A stretch of DNA of 43,382 nucleotides from assembly GCA_030648135.1 (NCBI GenBank), contig JAUSIF010000034.1, positions 1-43,382 of the forward strand, in the 5' to 3' direction. The notes beneath the pieces were generated by a model that was given only the letters and a program-made list of their open reading frames with translations, was not told the origin of the DNA and did not search any database. Position 1 is the stretch's first letter. Every line of letters begins with the position of its first letter. Below, in pieces: positions 1 through 9,542 of the stretch. The translations under genes were made by a program, and so were the position numbers. The DNA is from Xanthobacteraceae bacterium (GTDB taxonomy: Bacteria > Pseudomonadota > Alphaproteobacteria > Rhizobiales > Xanthobacteraceae).

Positions 1-1
1 C

Positions 2-115
2 GCGATCGACCCCAAGGTCATCGCGCCGCTTGCGGTCGCCATCAACGTCGCTCCCAAGCTTTATGAACCGGCGGCCAGGTTCTGGCAGTCGATTTGGCGG
101 GCTGACTCCGAGTAA
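2..115 (+). CDS. 3' end of an unidentified gene entering from the left edge (partial)
   Basis: Frame open from the window edge to TAA at 113-115 (..AIDPKVIAPLAVAINVAPKLYEPAARFWQSIWRADSE*). Too short to identify and not in the ORF track. Confidence 0.3.
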   Translation, partial: AIDPKVIAPLAVAINVAPKLYEPAARFWQSIWRADSE

Positions 116-354
116 AGAGCCCAGGGCCGGCGTCAACTCACACTGCTAAACTGACATTTCGCACGGACCTATCTACGGATGCCGGCAGCTGCGCCGGCCC
201 TAACCGTGCTTTGATCTTGCCTTCATGTCGGCTAAACAAAGGCATTGCTCGATGCCGACGCCGCTCTCGCCCGTTTGATATGTACGAACGGCGTTAGTAC
301 AGGGCTGCATGAGCGACCAAAATTACGGCGAATGCTTTGGGCAAGTGAGAATTC

Positions 355-1119
355 ATGTCGGCCCGAGAAATTTACCGGCAGCTGATGGCGCTGTCCGCCA
401 GCCAGTGGCTGATCAGCGGCCTGGGCGCGGCCTATGTGCTGCTGGTGAAATGGACGAGCAAACTCGATCGCCCGCAGCCGCCGCTGCCGGCTCCTTTCAT
501 TCTCGCCATGTGGCACGGCCGCTTGGCCCTGTTGCACTATTTGCGGCACGGCAACCGCTCGCTCGTCGCGCTCATTAGCCCGCACCGGGACGGGCAGCTC
601 ATCAGCAAGGCGGGCTGGTATTTCGACATGCAAACCGTTTCGGGCTCCAGCAGCCGCGACAGCATCCATGCGGTGAGAGAGCTGGTGCGGCACGCGCGCG
701 AAGGTCACAGCCTGTTCATCACCCCGGACGGCCCGCGCGGTCCGCGCATGCGCGTAAGCGAAGGCATCATCGGCATTGCGCGCCTGACCCAGCTGCCGAT
801 CGTGCCGGCCAGCATCGGCGTCAGCCGGGGCGTATTGATGAATACGTGGGATCGCTTTCTGTTTCCGTGGCCCTGTTCACGCATCGTCATCCGTTGGGGC
901 GAGGCGCTCCGCGTCGGTCCCGATAGCGATACCGATGGCGCGCGGGTTCAACTCGAAAAAGCCCTCACCGCACTTCAGAATCAGGTGGATCAAGAGACCG
1001 GCCGCGAGCCGGTGGACGCTAACGATGCGGGCGGTCGCCCTGCCGTTCGATCCCGCCGTGCTTCGCCAGGCCAAAAGCCAGATCGAGCAGCGCCTCGTCG
1101 CCACCGCTCCAGGCGATGA
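355..1119 (+). CDS. DUF374 / lysophospholipid acyltransferase-like protein
   Basis: 254-aa ORF with ILAMWHGRL..LISPHRDGQLIS..ITPDGPRGP motifs typical of DUF374 proteins. The Arg-rich C-terminal tail overlaps the convergent amidase by about 100 nt, so the last ~35 codons are doubtful as functional sequence. Confidence 0.7.
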   Translation: MSAREIYRQLMALSASQWLISGLGAAYVLLVKWTSKLDRPQPPLPAPFILAMWHGRLALLHYLRHGNRSLVALISPHRDGQLISKAGWYFDMQTVSGSSSRDSIHAVRELVRHAREGHSLFITPDGPRGPRMRVSEGIIGIARLTQLPIVPASIGVSRGVLMNTWDRFLFPWPCSRIVIRWGEALRVGPDSDTDGARVQLEKALTALQNQVDQETGREPVDANDAGGRPAVRSRRASPGQKPDRAAPRRHRSRR

Positions 1120-2251
1120 AGGAAAGCCCAACCGGGCAGCCGTCGATGGTGCCGGCCGGCAGCGTGATCTGGGGCAGACCGCTCAGTCCCGCGATCGAGG
1201 TGAGCCGCATGACGCGGCTGCGAAAGGAGTCGAGCGCTTCGGTGGACGCATCGATGAGCGGCGCGATCGAGGGCGCGGTCGGCAAGGCGAGGATCGTGCC
1301 CGGCGCGGCCATCTCGCGCACCTGCTCGCGCGCGCGCATTTGTTCACGCCGCGCCGTCTCGGCCTCGCGCTCCGATACCTTGGCGGCGTATTCCATCCGC
1401 TCCTTGATGCCGGGACCGAGCCGCGGCCGCTGGCGCGTGATGAACTCGCCATAGATGCTCCAGATTTCTCTGCCCTGAATGACCCGGAAGCATTCGCGCC
1501 AGGGGTCGAGCCCTTGGGGCGCGATGCGCGCATGCTCCGGCTTCGGCAAATGATCGGCCGCATCCGCGAGAAAGGCCTGCAGCAAGGCTGCGACCTCGGA
1601 ATCGGCCTCGGCCAAGGCATCGTCCAACAGGATCATGCGACTGATCGGCGCGGCGCGGCGGTCGCCCTCGAGCAGCACTTGGCCAATGCTGCGAAAGACG
1701 CCCGGCCCGCTTGCGAACCATCCGGCCACGTCGAAGGAAGGCGCCATCGGCATTGCGCCCGAAAGATCGACCCGGCCGTGGGTCGGCCGGATGCCATAGA
1801 GCCCGCACAAGGCCGCCGGCACGCGCACCGATCCGCCGGTGTCGCTGCCGAGCGCGAAATCGCAGGCGCCCGAAGCCGTGGCTGACGCCGATCCGCTCGA
1901 AGAGCCGCCGGGCAGCCGTCCGGGCGCGCGCGGATTGAGCGGCGTGCCGTAATGGGCATTGGCGCCGGTCACGCTGAAGAAGAATTCGTCGCACACGGTC
2001 TTGCCGATGACGGTGGCGCCGGCATCGAGGATTTTCTGGACCGCGCGGGCATTGGCCGCCGCCGGCGGATGCGCCAGAAGCCACTCGGGATTGCCGCCGC
2101 CGGTGCGGGCGCCGGCGATGTCGTACATATCCTTGACCGCGGCGGTGAGACCGGCAAGCGGCCCGCTCGCGGCGCCCTTAAGCGGGCCCACGAGATCGTG
2201 CGGCACGAAAGCCGCCCGCGGCCGGCGCGATTTTGCGGCCACAGAATTCAC
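1019..2251 (-). CDS. amidase-signature family amidase (GatA-like)
   Basis: Motifs LAGLTAAVKDMYDIAG, GGSSSGSASA and GSDTGGSVRVPAA match the amidase signature. Start placed at the GTG at 2251-2249, which overlaps the TGA of the upstream deacetylase gene (GTGA coupling). The longer track ORF to 2440 would run through that gene. Confidence 0.85.
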   Translation of the reverse strand: MNSVAAKSRRPRAAFVPHDLVGPLKGAASGPLAGLTAAVKDMYDIAGARTGGGNPEWLLAHPPAAANARAVQKILDAGATVIGKTVCDEFFFSVTGANAHYGTPLNPRAPGRLPGGSSSGSASATASGACDFALGSDTGGSVRVPAALCGLYGIRPTHGRVDLSGAMPMAPSFDVAGWFASGPGVFRSIGQVLLEGDRRAAPISRMILLDDALAEADSEVAALLQAFLADAADHLPKPEHARIAPQGLDPWRECFRVIQGREIWSIYGEFITRQRPRLGPGIKERMEYAAKVSEREAETARREQMRAREQVREMAAPGTILALPTAPSIAPLIDASTEALDSFRSRVMRLTSIAGLSGLPQITLPAGTIDGCPVGLSFIAWSGGDEALLDLAFGLAKHGGIERQGDRPHR

Positions 2252-3129
2252 GGCCGTCTCCGCTGCGCCAGATACCAGTCGAGGATGCGGGCGCCGTCCC
2301 AGGCCACCACCCCGTCCCGGCTCAGGATTTCCTCGAACGTGCGCCGCACATGCGCGATCCGGTGCGGCACTCCCGAAAGATAGGGATGGCAGGCGATGGC
2401 CATGATTTTCGCGCGCTCGGCGGATTCCTCGTACAGACATTCGAAATGGTCGAGCGAGCGCCGGTACATCATGTCCGATGGCTGGTGCTGCAGCGCCATC
2501 AACACGATGTCGTGCAGCTCGAAATTATAGGGCAGCGCCACGATCGGCTTGGTCTTGGTGCGCAAGGTTACCGGCTCGTCGTCGAGCACCCAGTCGCCGA
2601 TATATTCGACCCCGGCCTCGGCGAGATAATCCAGGGTATCGAAAGTCTGGGTGAGGCCCGGGCCGAACCAGCCGCGCGGCCGCTTGCCGCAGAATTTTTC
2701 GATCACGTCCATGCTCTTCGCGATCACGGCGCGCTGGTCGTCGAGCTTGTGCATGGGGATCTGCTCGTAACCGTGCGCATTGAGTTCCCAGCCGTTCTCG
2801 ACGCAGGCCGCTACCACCTGCGGATAGGTCTCGCAGACCTTGGCATTGAGCGTCACGGTCGGCGCGGCGCCCACTTGTTCGAGCATTTTCTTGAGCCGCC
2901 AGAAGCCGACCCGCATGCCGTATTCGTGCCAGCTCCAGTTCGGATGGTCGGGCAGCATCGGTTGGCCCTGGGGCGGGGAAATCACCATGCGCGCCATCGG
3001 CCGCGAAATGTCCCAGTCCTCGAGCGCCAACACCGGCCAGACCACCAGCCGCACGCCTTTGGGAAAGCGCAATGGCGGCCGTTGAGTGATGGGAGAGAAA
3101 TCGAGGCGTTCGCGCGGATGCATGATCAT
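2248..3129 (-). CDS. polysaccharide deacetylase family protein (paralogue 1)
   Basis: Roughly half of aligned positions are identical by eye to the next gene (PRER.D.S.I..RPPL, WHEYGMRVG.WR, GKRP.GW.GPGLTQT, YIGDWV.DDEP, HPY.SG.PHRI). Start taken at MIMHPRE (3129), leaving a 37-nt gap to the upstream paralogue. Confidence 0.8.
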   Translation of the reverse strand: MIMHPRERLDFSPITQRPPLRFPKGVRLVVWPVLALEDWDISRPMARMVISPPQGQPMLPDHPNWSWHEYGMRVGFWRLKKMLEQVGAAPTVTLNAKVCETYPQVVAACVENGWELNAHGYEQIPMHKLDDQRAVIAKSMDVIEKFCGKRPRGWFGPGLTQTFDTLDYLAEAGVEYIGDWVLDDEPVTLRTKTKPIVALPYNFELHDIVLMALQHQPSDMMYRRSLDHFECLYEESAERAKIMAIACHPYLSGVPHRIAHVRRTFEEILSRDGVVAWDGARILDWYLAQRRRP

Positions 3130-3166
3130 TCGCCGCCGGGTTCCGGATGCGCACGAGCCGGCATGT

Positions 3167-4072
3167 TCACTCCGCGGCCTCGCGCTTCGTGCGGGTGGAG
3201 ACGGAGCGGTACCACTCGAGGATTTGCTCGCCATTCCAATGCAGCACGCCGTCGAAGCGTCTCACATAGTCGTAGATCGCCTCCAGATATTTGATCCGGT
3301 GCGGCTGGCCGCTGATGTAGGGGTGGATCGCGAGCGCCATGATCTTGGCGCGATCCTTGCCCTCGGCATAGAGCCGGTCGAACTGGTCGATGGCGCGCTG
3401 TTGCAGATAGTCGCTCTGGTGGTGCTGGACCAGCATCATCGGAATGTCGTTGAGCTCCACCGAATAGGGCAGCGTCACCAGCGGGCCCTTGGCGGTGCGG
3501 ATGACGGTGGGTTCGTCGTCATAGACCCAGTCGCCGATATATTTCACGCCGGCGTCGACCAGGAGTTCCGGCGTCTCCAGGGTCTGCGTCAGGCCGGGTC
3601 CGAGCCAGCCGACCGGGCGCTTGCCGGTGAATTTCTGCATGATGTCCATGGTGCGCTTGATCATGCCGGCTTGGTCGGTCTCCTTGTGGATCGGGCCCTG
3701 CTCGTAGGCATGGCCCATGAACTCCCAGCCGTCGCGCTTGGCCTGTTCGGCGACGCGCGGATAGTCCTCGCAGATGCGCGCGTTGGCGGCGAGCGTCGGC
3801 TTGATTTTGAGGCGCTCGAACAATTCGAAGAACCGCCAGCAGCCCACCCGCATGCCATATTCGTGCCAGGCCCAGTGCACGACGTCGGGCAACAGCGGCA
3901 CGCCGGTCGGCGCCGGCAGGACCTGGCGCGCCATTGGTCGTCCGATGTCCCAAACCTCGTAATTGACGATGGTCCAGAACACGAGGCGCGCGCCGCCCGG
4001 CAATTTCAGCGGCGGACGATCAACGATCGCCGAATAATCGGCGCGCTCGCGGGGGATCATGGGATTGGGCAT
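3167..4072 (-). CDS. polysaccharide deacetylase family protein (paralogue 2)
   Basis: 301-aa ORF, tandem paralogue of 2248-3129 with the same conserved blocks. First gene of a minus-strand deacetylase-deacetylase-amidase unit. Confidence 0.85.
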   Translation of the reverse strand: MPNPMIPRERADYSAIVDRPPLKLPGGARLVFWTIVNYEVWDIGRPMARQVLPAPTGVPLLPDVVHWAWHEYGMRVGCWRFFELFERLKIKPTLAANARICEDYPRVAEQAKRDGWEFMGHAYEQGPIHKETDQAGMIKRTMDIMQKFTGKRPVGWLGPGLTQTLETPELLVDAGVKYIGDWVYDDEPTVIRTAKGPLVTLPYSVELNDIPMMLVQHHQSDYLQQRAIDQFDRLYAEGKDRAKIMALAIHPYISGQPHRIKYLEAIYDYVRRFDGVLHWNGEQILEWYRSVSTRTKREAAE

Positions 4073-4292
4073 GGGGCTCGGTGCTCCGTTCGGTCAGGCG
4101 CGCGGGCGCCAATCAAGGCATCTCTGTTGCCATCCTTCAAGCAGGAAACCGGCCCGGCGGCTGCCTCATTCCCGGATTTCGCCTGCCGAACAAGGGACAG
4201 AAAAATGAGCCTCGACCGTGATCGGCCGCTCAATTAGAGTTCACGATCAATCAATTCGAGCCGTGTCGCAACGGCCAATACGGGAGGTAGTC

Positions 4293-5528
4293 GTGTCCAT
4301 CAAATCCACCTTCAGAACGCATCGAACCGGCCTGGTGGCGCTTGCCGCAGGACTGTTCGCCTTCGCCAACGCCGCGCTCGCGGCCGACCCCATCAAGGTG
4401 GGCGTCACCATCGCCCAGTCACCGCCCGGCTCGGTCTCGCAAGGGACCCAGGTCAAGGACGGGGTCGAGGTCGCCGCCAAGATCATCAATGACGCCGGCG
4501 GCGTGCTCGGCCGGAAGATCGAGCTCGTGTTCGAGGATACCCAAGGCATCCCCGAGAAGACGCGCGCCGCGGTCGAGAAGCTCATCACCAGCGACAAGGT
4601 CGTGGCCATCGTCGGAGAGCACCAGAGTTCGGGCGCGCTCGCCGCCATCGAAGTCGCGCACCGCTATCATGTGCCCTACATCAACACCAACGGCTGGTCC
4701 GACGCGATCCGCGAGAAGGGCTATGCCGAGGTATTCAATCCCGGCAATTACAACAGCCGGGTCGCGATCGCGATGGCGGAGACGATGAAGGCGCTCGGCG
4801 CCAAGCGCGTCGTCGCCTTCTGCGAGAATACCGACTACGGCGTCGGCCTCGCCAAGCTCTTGGGCGCACAGCTCGCCGAGCGGGCGCCCGGCGTCGAATA
4901 CAAGTACGAGACGCTCGATCGCGCGGGCAAGGACTTCCTGCCGGCGTTATTGCCGCTCAAGGCCAATCCGCCCGACGCGGTCATTGAAATCATGCTGCCG
5001 CCGGCCGCCTATATCGTGCTCAACCAACTCTACGAGCAGGGCATCGCGCCGTCCGCCAAGACCTATCTCTACGATGCGTCGGGCATCGCCGATTATCCCG
5101 ACTTCTGGACCAACGTGAGCGATGCCGCGAAGAACATGCTGGTCTTCGGCCTCTATCATCCGAAGATGACGTTGCCCGATCTCGGCAAGAAGGTCGCCGC
5201 CGACTACACCGCCAAGACCAAGAACCAACCGAGCCGGCTCCTGTTCCAGGCCGCCGACAGTTTGTTCGTGGTCACCGAGGCGATCAAGGCGGCGAAATCG
5301 ACCGAGCCGGACGCCATGATCAAGGCGCTCGAGGGCCTGAAATGGACCGGCACGCGCGGCGGGGTTTCGTTCTCGACCGAGAAGGCCGGCTACCGCTATC
5401 ACCAATGGCTCGACATCCCCTATCTCACGTTTCAGATCACGGCGGTGAAGCAGCCGATCGCGGATACCAAGATCGTGCAGGATCCGGGTCAAAAGCTCGA
5501 TCCCGCGCGGATCGAGAAAGCGAAGTGA
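4293..5528 (+). CDS. ABC transporter substrate-binding protein, LivK/Peripla_BP_6 type
   Basis: GTG at 4293 is preceded by GGGAGG (4282-4287). Signal peptide ..LAAGLFAFANAALA|ADPIKVGV. GVLGRKIELVFEDTQG and VVAIVGEHQSSG resemble branched-chain amino acid/amide binding proteins. Followed by livHMGF-type genes. Confidence 0.85.
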   Translation: MSIKSTFRTHRTGLVALAAGLFAFANAALAADPIKVGVTIAQSPPGSVSQGTQVKDGVEVAAKIINDAGGVLGRKIELVFEDTQGIPEKTRAAVEKLITSDKVVAIVGEHQSSGALAAIEVAHRYHVPYINTNGWSDAIREKGYAEVFNPGNYNSRVAIAMAETMKALGAKRVVAFCENTDYGVGLAKLLGAQLAERAPGVEYKYETLDRAGKDFLPALLPLKANPPDAVIEIMLPPAAYIVLNQLYEQGIAPSAKTYLYDASGIADYPDFWTNVSDAAKNMLVFGLYHPKMTLPDLGKKVAADYTAKTKNQPSRLLFQAADSLFVVTEAIKAAKSTEPDAMIKALEGLKWTGTRGGVSFSTEKAGYRYHQWLDIPYLTFQITAVKQPIADTKIVQDPGQKLDPARIEKAK

Positions 5529-5555
5529 ATCGACGCCTGGTTTCTGCCTGAACCT

Positions 5556-5586
5556 GCGGGAGGCGCGGAGTTCGCGCGCCTCCCGC
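5556..5586 (+). terminator. GC-rich intercistronic hairpin after the binding-protein gene (attenuator or mRNA stabiliser candidate)
   Basis: gcgggaggcgcg / cgcgcctcccgc forms a 12-bp perfect stem with a 7-nt loop, 28 nt after the stop. The T tract is weak (ttcgtc). Confidence 0.4.
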
Positions 5587-5611
5587 TTCGTCATCCGCGT
5601 ATTCCTTCCCC

Positions 5612-6502
5612 ATGCTCACTCTCGACCTCGCCATCAACGGCCTGATCATCGGCGTGTTCTACGCCCTGATGGCGATCGGGCTGTCGTTGATCTTCGGCAT
5701 CCTCAAGGTGGTGAACTTCGCCCACGGCGAATTCTACATGTTGGGCGCCTATGCCTATACGCTGGCGGGGCTCTTGCTCGGCATCTCGCCCTGGATCTCG
5801 CTCCCGTTCGCGTTCCTGGTCGGAATGATCGTCGGATTGATCGTCGAGCGGCTGCTGATGCGCCCGCTCTACTCGGGCTACACCTCCTGGGCCGTGATGC
5901 GCGACGAGTACGCGGTGATCGTGACCTTCGGATTGTCGCTGTTGCTCATCAATCTCGTCGACAAGATCGTCGGGCCTTATGCCTATAAGGGGCCCGCGCT
6001 CGTCGATGTCACCCGCATCGCTCTCGGGCCCGTCCTGATCAGCGGCCATCGCCTGATCGCGGCGTTGGCCGGCATCGGCGTGATCATCGCCACCGGCTTG
6101 ATCGTGCGCTATTCCTACTGGGGTCGGCAGATCCAGGCGGTGGCGCAAAACCGGCTCGGCGCCTCGCTCGCCGGCATTGACACGGCGAAGGCGAGCGCCA
6201 TCGTGTTCGCGCTCGCCGGCGGCCTGGCGGCGGTCTCGGGCGCGTTGCTCGCCAATATCTTCAATCCCACTCCCGATGTCGGCGTGTTTCCGGCGATCAA
6301 GTCCTACGTGATCGTGGTGCTCGGCGGCATGGGTTCGGTGCCGGGCAGCATCGTCGCCAGCCTGATCCTCGGCGTGCTGGAGAGCTTCGGCGGCGTATAT
6401 ATTTCCTATCAGTACCGCGACACCTTCGGGCTGGTGATCCTGATCTTGGTCCTGATGTTCCGGCCGCAAGGCCTGTTCGGCGAACGGGCGCGCGACGTAT
6501 GA
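5612..6502 (+). CDS. branched-chain amino acid-type ABC permease (LivH-like)
   Basis: 296-aa polytopic ORF with typical LivH N-terminus (NGLIIGVFYALMAIGLSLIFGILKVVNFAHGEFYMLGAY). ATGA overlap with the next gene. Confidence 0.9.
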   Translation: MLTLDLAINGLIIGVFYALMAIGLSLIFGILKVVNFAHGEFYMLGAYAYTLAGLLLGISPWISLPFAFLVGMIVGLIVERLLMRPLYSGYTSWAVMRDEYAVIVTFGLSLLLINLVDKIVGPYAYKGPALVDVTRIALGPVLISGHRLIAALAGIGVIIATGLIVRYSYWGRQIQAVAQNRLGASLAGIDTAKASAIVFALAGGLAAVSGALLANIFNPTPDVGVFPAIKSYVIVVLGGMGSVPGSIVASLILGVLESFGGVYISYQYRDTFGLVILILVLMFRPQGLFGERARDV

Positions 6503-7479
6503 AAGCCGAGGACGTACAAGGCGGCACGCGCGCGCGCATGCGAACCGAGCTCTTGGTTTCGCTCGGCATTCTCGCCGCCGTGGCGTTGCTGCCGGCGATC
6601 GTGGCCAACGAATATTGGCGCGGCGTCTTCATCGTCTCGATGTATTTCGCCATGCTGGCAGCGGCCTGGAACCTGCTCGCGGGCTATACCGGGCAGCTCT
6701 CGCTGGCGCCCGCCGCCTTCGGCATGATCGGCGGCTATGTCACCGGGCTCCTGTCCTATCACTACAACGCGCCCCCCATGGTCGGCATTCCGGCCGCGAT
6801 CGTCGTCTCCGGTTTGATCGGTTTCGTGCTCGGCCGGATCGTGTTGCGCCTGCGCGGACCCTATCTCGCGCTCACGACGCTTTCGTTCGCCGAGATCGTC
6901 AGGCTCATCATCAGCAATTCGATCGAAATCACCCGCGGCGACCTCGGCCTGAACGTGCCCGGCATCTTCGATCACCGGCTGGCTTATTACTACGCCATGC
7001 TCGCGGTGCTCTTGGCCGTGCAGCTCGGCCTCTATTTCCTGCTGCGGACGCCGGCCGGGCTGTATCTGCGGGCGATCCGCGACGACGAAATCGCGGCCGC
7101 GAGCCGCGGCGTGAAGATCGTGCTGTGGAAGACCAACGCCTTCACCTTGAGCGCCGCGATCAGCGGGCTCGCCGGTGCGCTCTACGGCCATTTCGCGCAG
7201 TTCGTCAGCCCCGAGCTCGGGCTGATCTCGCAGACCGGCATCATCATCAGCATGGTGGTGATCGGCGGTCTCGGCACCCTCCCCGGTCCGATCGGCGCGG
7301 CCTTCCTGGTCTATATCGCATCGGAATTCCTGCGCGGCTTCGGCGGCTATCAGCTGATCGTCTTCGCTTTGCTGGTCATCATTTTCAGCCGTTTCTTCCG
7401 CGAGGGGCTGTGGGGCCTGTTGCGCCGCGCCTTCGAGCGTGCCCGCGCGCGCCCGGCCACGGCGCAAGCGGCGGAGTGA
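6499..7479 (+). CDS. branched-chain amino acid-type ABC permease (LivM-like)
   Basis: 326-aa polytopic ORF with NLLAGYTGQLSLAPAAFGMIGGY and LRAIRDDEIAAAS.G motifs. Confidence 0.9.
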   Translation: MKAEDVQGGTRARMRTELLVSLGILAAVALLPAIVANEYWRGVFIVSMYFAMLAAAWNLLAGYTGQLSLAPAAFGMIGGYVTGLLSYHYNAPPMVGIPAAIVVSGLIGFVLGRIVLRLRGPYLALTTLSFAEIVRLIISNSIEITRGDLGLNVPGIFDHRLAYYYAMLAVLLAVQLGLYFLLRTPAGLYLRAIRDDEIAAASRGVKIVLWKTNAFTLSAAISGLAGALYGHFAQFVSPELGLISQTGIIISMVVIGGLGTLPGPIGAAFLVYIASEFLRGFGGYQLIVFALLVIIFSRFFREGLWGLLRRAFERARARPATAQAAE

Positions 7480-7482
7480 GCG

Positions 7483-8202
7483 ATGCCTTGTCTCTTGATT
7501 GATCGCGTCAGCAAATCCTTCGGCGGCATCAAGGCGCTGGACCGGACGAGCTTCACGGTGGACGCGGGCGAGCTCGTGGGGCTCATCGGCCCGAACGGCT
7601 CCGGCAAGACCACGCTGATCAATATCCTGAGCGGGTACCTCGCCGCCGACGCGGGCCGGGTCGATCTCGACGGCCGCCCGACCGGCGGACTGCGGCCCGA
7701 GACGCTGGCGGCGCTCGGAGTTCAGCGTACGTTTCAGCTCACGCGCTCGTTTCCGCGCATGAGCACGCTCGACAATTTGCTGGTCGCGGGCTCAGCGCTC
7801 GGGCTATCGCAGGAGGCGGCCGAGACGCGGGCACTAGAATTGCTCGAGGATCTCGCGCTCGTCCGGCTGATGCATCTCGACGCCGGCCATCTCTCGGGCG
7901 GGCAGCTCAAGCTTTTGGAGTTCGGCGCCTGCTTCATGGTGCCGCCGCGCATCGCGCTGCTGGACGAGCCATTCGCCGCCGTCCACCCGACCATGAAGGA
8001 GATCATGGCGGGTTTCATCCGCCGCCGCCACGCGGCCGGCCAGACCTTCATTCTGGTCAGCCATGACATGCCGGTGATCGTCGAGCTTTGCCCGCGCACG
8101 ATCTGCATGAATGCGGGCGCCGTGATCGCGGACGAGAACACACGGGCCGTGCTCACCGATCCGGTGGTGATCGAAGCCTATCTCGGCGAGGCCGCCGCAT
8201 GA
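7483..8202 (+). CDS. ABC transporter ATP-binding protein (LivG-like)
   Basis: Walker A GPNGSGKTT, signature LSGGQLKLLEF, Walker B IALLDEP. Confidence 0.9.
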   Translation: MPCLLIDRVSKSFGGIKALDRTSFTVDAGELVGLIGPNGSGKTTLINILSGYLAADAGRVDLDGRPTGGLRPETLAALGVQRTFQLTRSFPRMSTLDNLLVAGSALGLSQEAAETRALELLEDLALVRLMHLDAGHLSGGQLKLLEFGACFMVPPRIALLDEPFAAVHPTMKEIMAGFIRRRHAAGQTFILVSHDMPVIVELCPRTICMNAGAVIADENTRAVLTDPVVIEAYLGEAAA

Positions 8203-8939
8203 CCGCGCTCTTGCGCCTCAAGGACGTGAGCGCGGGCTATGTCGCCGACATCGACATCGTGCGCGGCGTCAATGTGTCGGTCGCGGCCGCCGCGATCACC
8301 GGCCTCGTCGGCCTCAACGGCGCCGGCAAGTCCACCCTGATGAAGGCGATCTGCGGCTTCCTGCGGCCGAAAGCGGGTGCGATCGAGTTCGACGGCGTCG
8401 ACATCACCGGCATCGCGCCGCATCACGTGATCGATCGCGGGATCTGGTACATCCCGCAGGAGTCGAGCCTGTTCAATTACATGAGCGTCGAAGACAATCT
8501 GTCGCTGCCGCTCGAGCACCTGACGCGGCGGGGCGACGTTTCGCGGGCGGAATTTTACCGCCGCATCGCGGACATGTTCGAAAAATTTCCGCTGCTGAAA
8601 CCCCGCCGCCAGGCCAAGGCCGGCGATCTTTCCGGCGGGCAGCAGAAGATGGTCGAGTTCGCCAAGGCCTATCTGGTGCGCCCGCGGCTCTGCCTGATCG
8701 ACGAGCCCGGCATCGGGCTCGCGCCCAAGGTGGCCGAGGAGGTCTATCAGTGGATCGATTTATTCGCCGCCGAGCGGATGGCGATCTTGCTGGTCGACCA
8801 CAATGTGCGCCGGGTGGTGAAGATGTCGGCCTATATCTACGTGCTGAGCCTCGGCCAGATCACCGCCGAGGGGCGGCCGCAGGCGTTCGAGGGCGACCTG
8901 CACGAGCAGGTCAAGGCCTGGCTCGGCATCAATTTTTGA
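8199..8939 (+). CDS. ABC transporter ATP-binding protein (LivF-like)
   Basis: ATG at 8199 overlaps the TGA of the previous gene (ATGA). Walker A GLNGAGKST, signature LSGGQQKMVEF, Walker B LCLIDEP. The track ORF from 8088 is an upstream extension. Confidence 0.9.
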   Translation: MTALLRLKDVSAGYVADIDIVRGVNVSVAAAAITGLVGLNGAGKSTLMKAICGFLRPKAGAIEFDGVDITGIAPHHVIDRGIWYIPQESSLFNYMSVEDNLSLPLEHLTRRGDVSRAEFYRRIADMFEKFPLLKPRRQAKAGDLSGGQQKMVEFAKAYLVRPRLCLIDEPGIGLAPKVAEEVYQWIDLFAAERMAILLVDHNVRRVVKMSAYIYVLSLGQITAEGRPQAFEGDLHEQVKAWLGINF

Positions 8940-9063
8940 CCGCCGGGCCGCAGCGGGCCGTGCCTAGATAAAACGTCATTCCGTATGGTCAGAGCCGCTG
9001 GATCGGCTAATCTGTCCAGGGGGTGGAGACGTTATCGTCAGCACCCGATGAAGGAGACCGTAA

Positions 9064-9468
9064 ATGGCCAGCCAGCAAGCCGTCGCGCGAACGCCCGGTG
9101 CCAAGCGCGCCGGCGCCGGCGAGTATCTATTCGAGCTTGCCAAGGTAAACCGCATCAAGGGCGGGCCGGCCTATTCCACGGCCGAGGGCGCCTGCATCGA
9201 GGGCGACCGCATGATCGTGGCGCTGATGCGCATGCCGGCGGGCACCGGGGCGGAGCCGCATTCGCACCCGAACGAGCAATGGATCTATATTCTGGAGGGG
9301 ACGTTCAAGGCGAAGATCGGCGGCAAGGAGGTCGAGGCCAAGCCCGGATCGGTTCTCTACATTCCGTCCAATACCGTTCATTCGGGCAAGGCGACGGCCG
9401 AGGCCGACGTGCTGTTCTTCACCGTGAAGGATGCCTCGCATAGTCTGCACGGCATCAAGGCCGCCTGA
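9064..9468 (+). CDS. cupin domain protein
   Basis: 134-aa ORF with cupin motifs G.GAEPHSHPNEQWIYILEG ... GSVLYIPSNTVHSG. Confidence 0.75.
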   Translation: MASQQAVARTPGAKRAGAGEYLFELAKVNRIKGGPAYSTAEGACIEGDRMIVALMRMPAGTGAEPHSHPNEQWIYILEGTFKAKIGGKEVEAKPGSVLYIPSNTVHSGKATAEADVLFFTVKDASHSLHGIKAA

Positions 9469-9542
9469 GGCCGGGCGGCGAGCCAAATCGAGCGAGGCCC
9501 GGACCAAAACGCGGGCCGACAGGAAACAAAAGGGAGGATGAA

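Noticed and set aside
5591-7467. Long antisense ORFs (5591-6469 and 6409-7467, minus strand) opposite the LivH/LivM permease genes
   Set aside because: The translations are Asp/Arg/Gly/His-rich low-complexity sequence, typical of shadow frames in high-GC DNA, while the opposite strand encodes clear permeases. The same reasoning applies to 232-708, 1344-2084, 9564-10616, 20812-21654, 25297-25725, 26851-27579, 31143-31934, 33576-35183, 33853-35037, 36043-37062, 37913-38899, 38829-39488, 41301-42293 and similar track entries.
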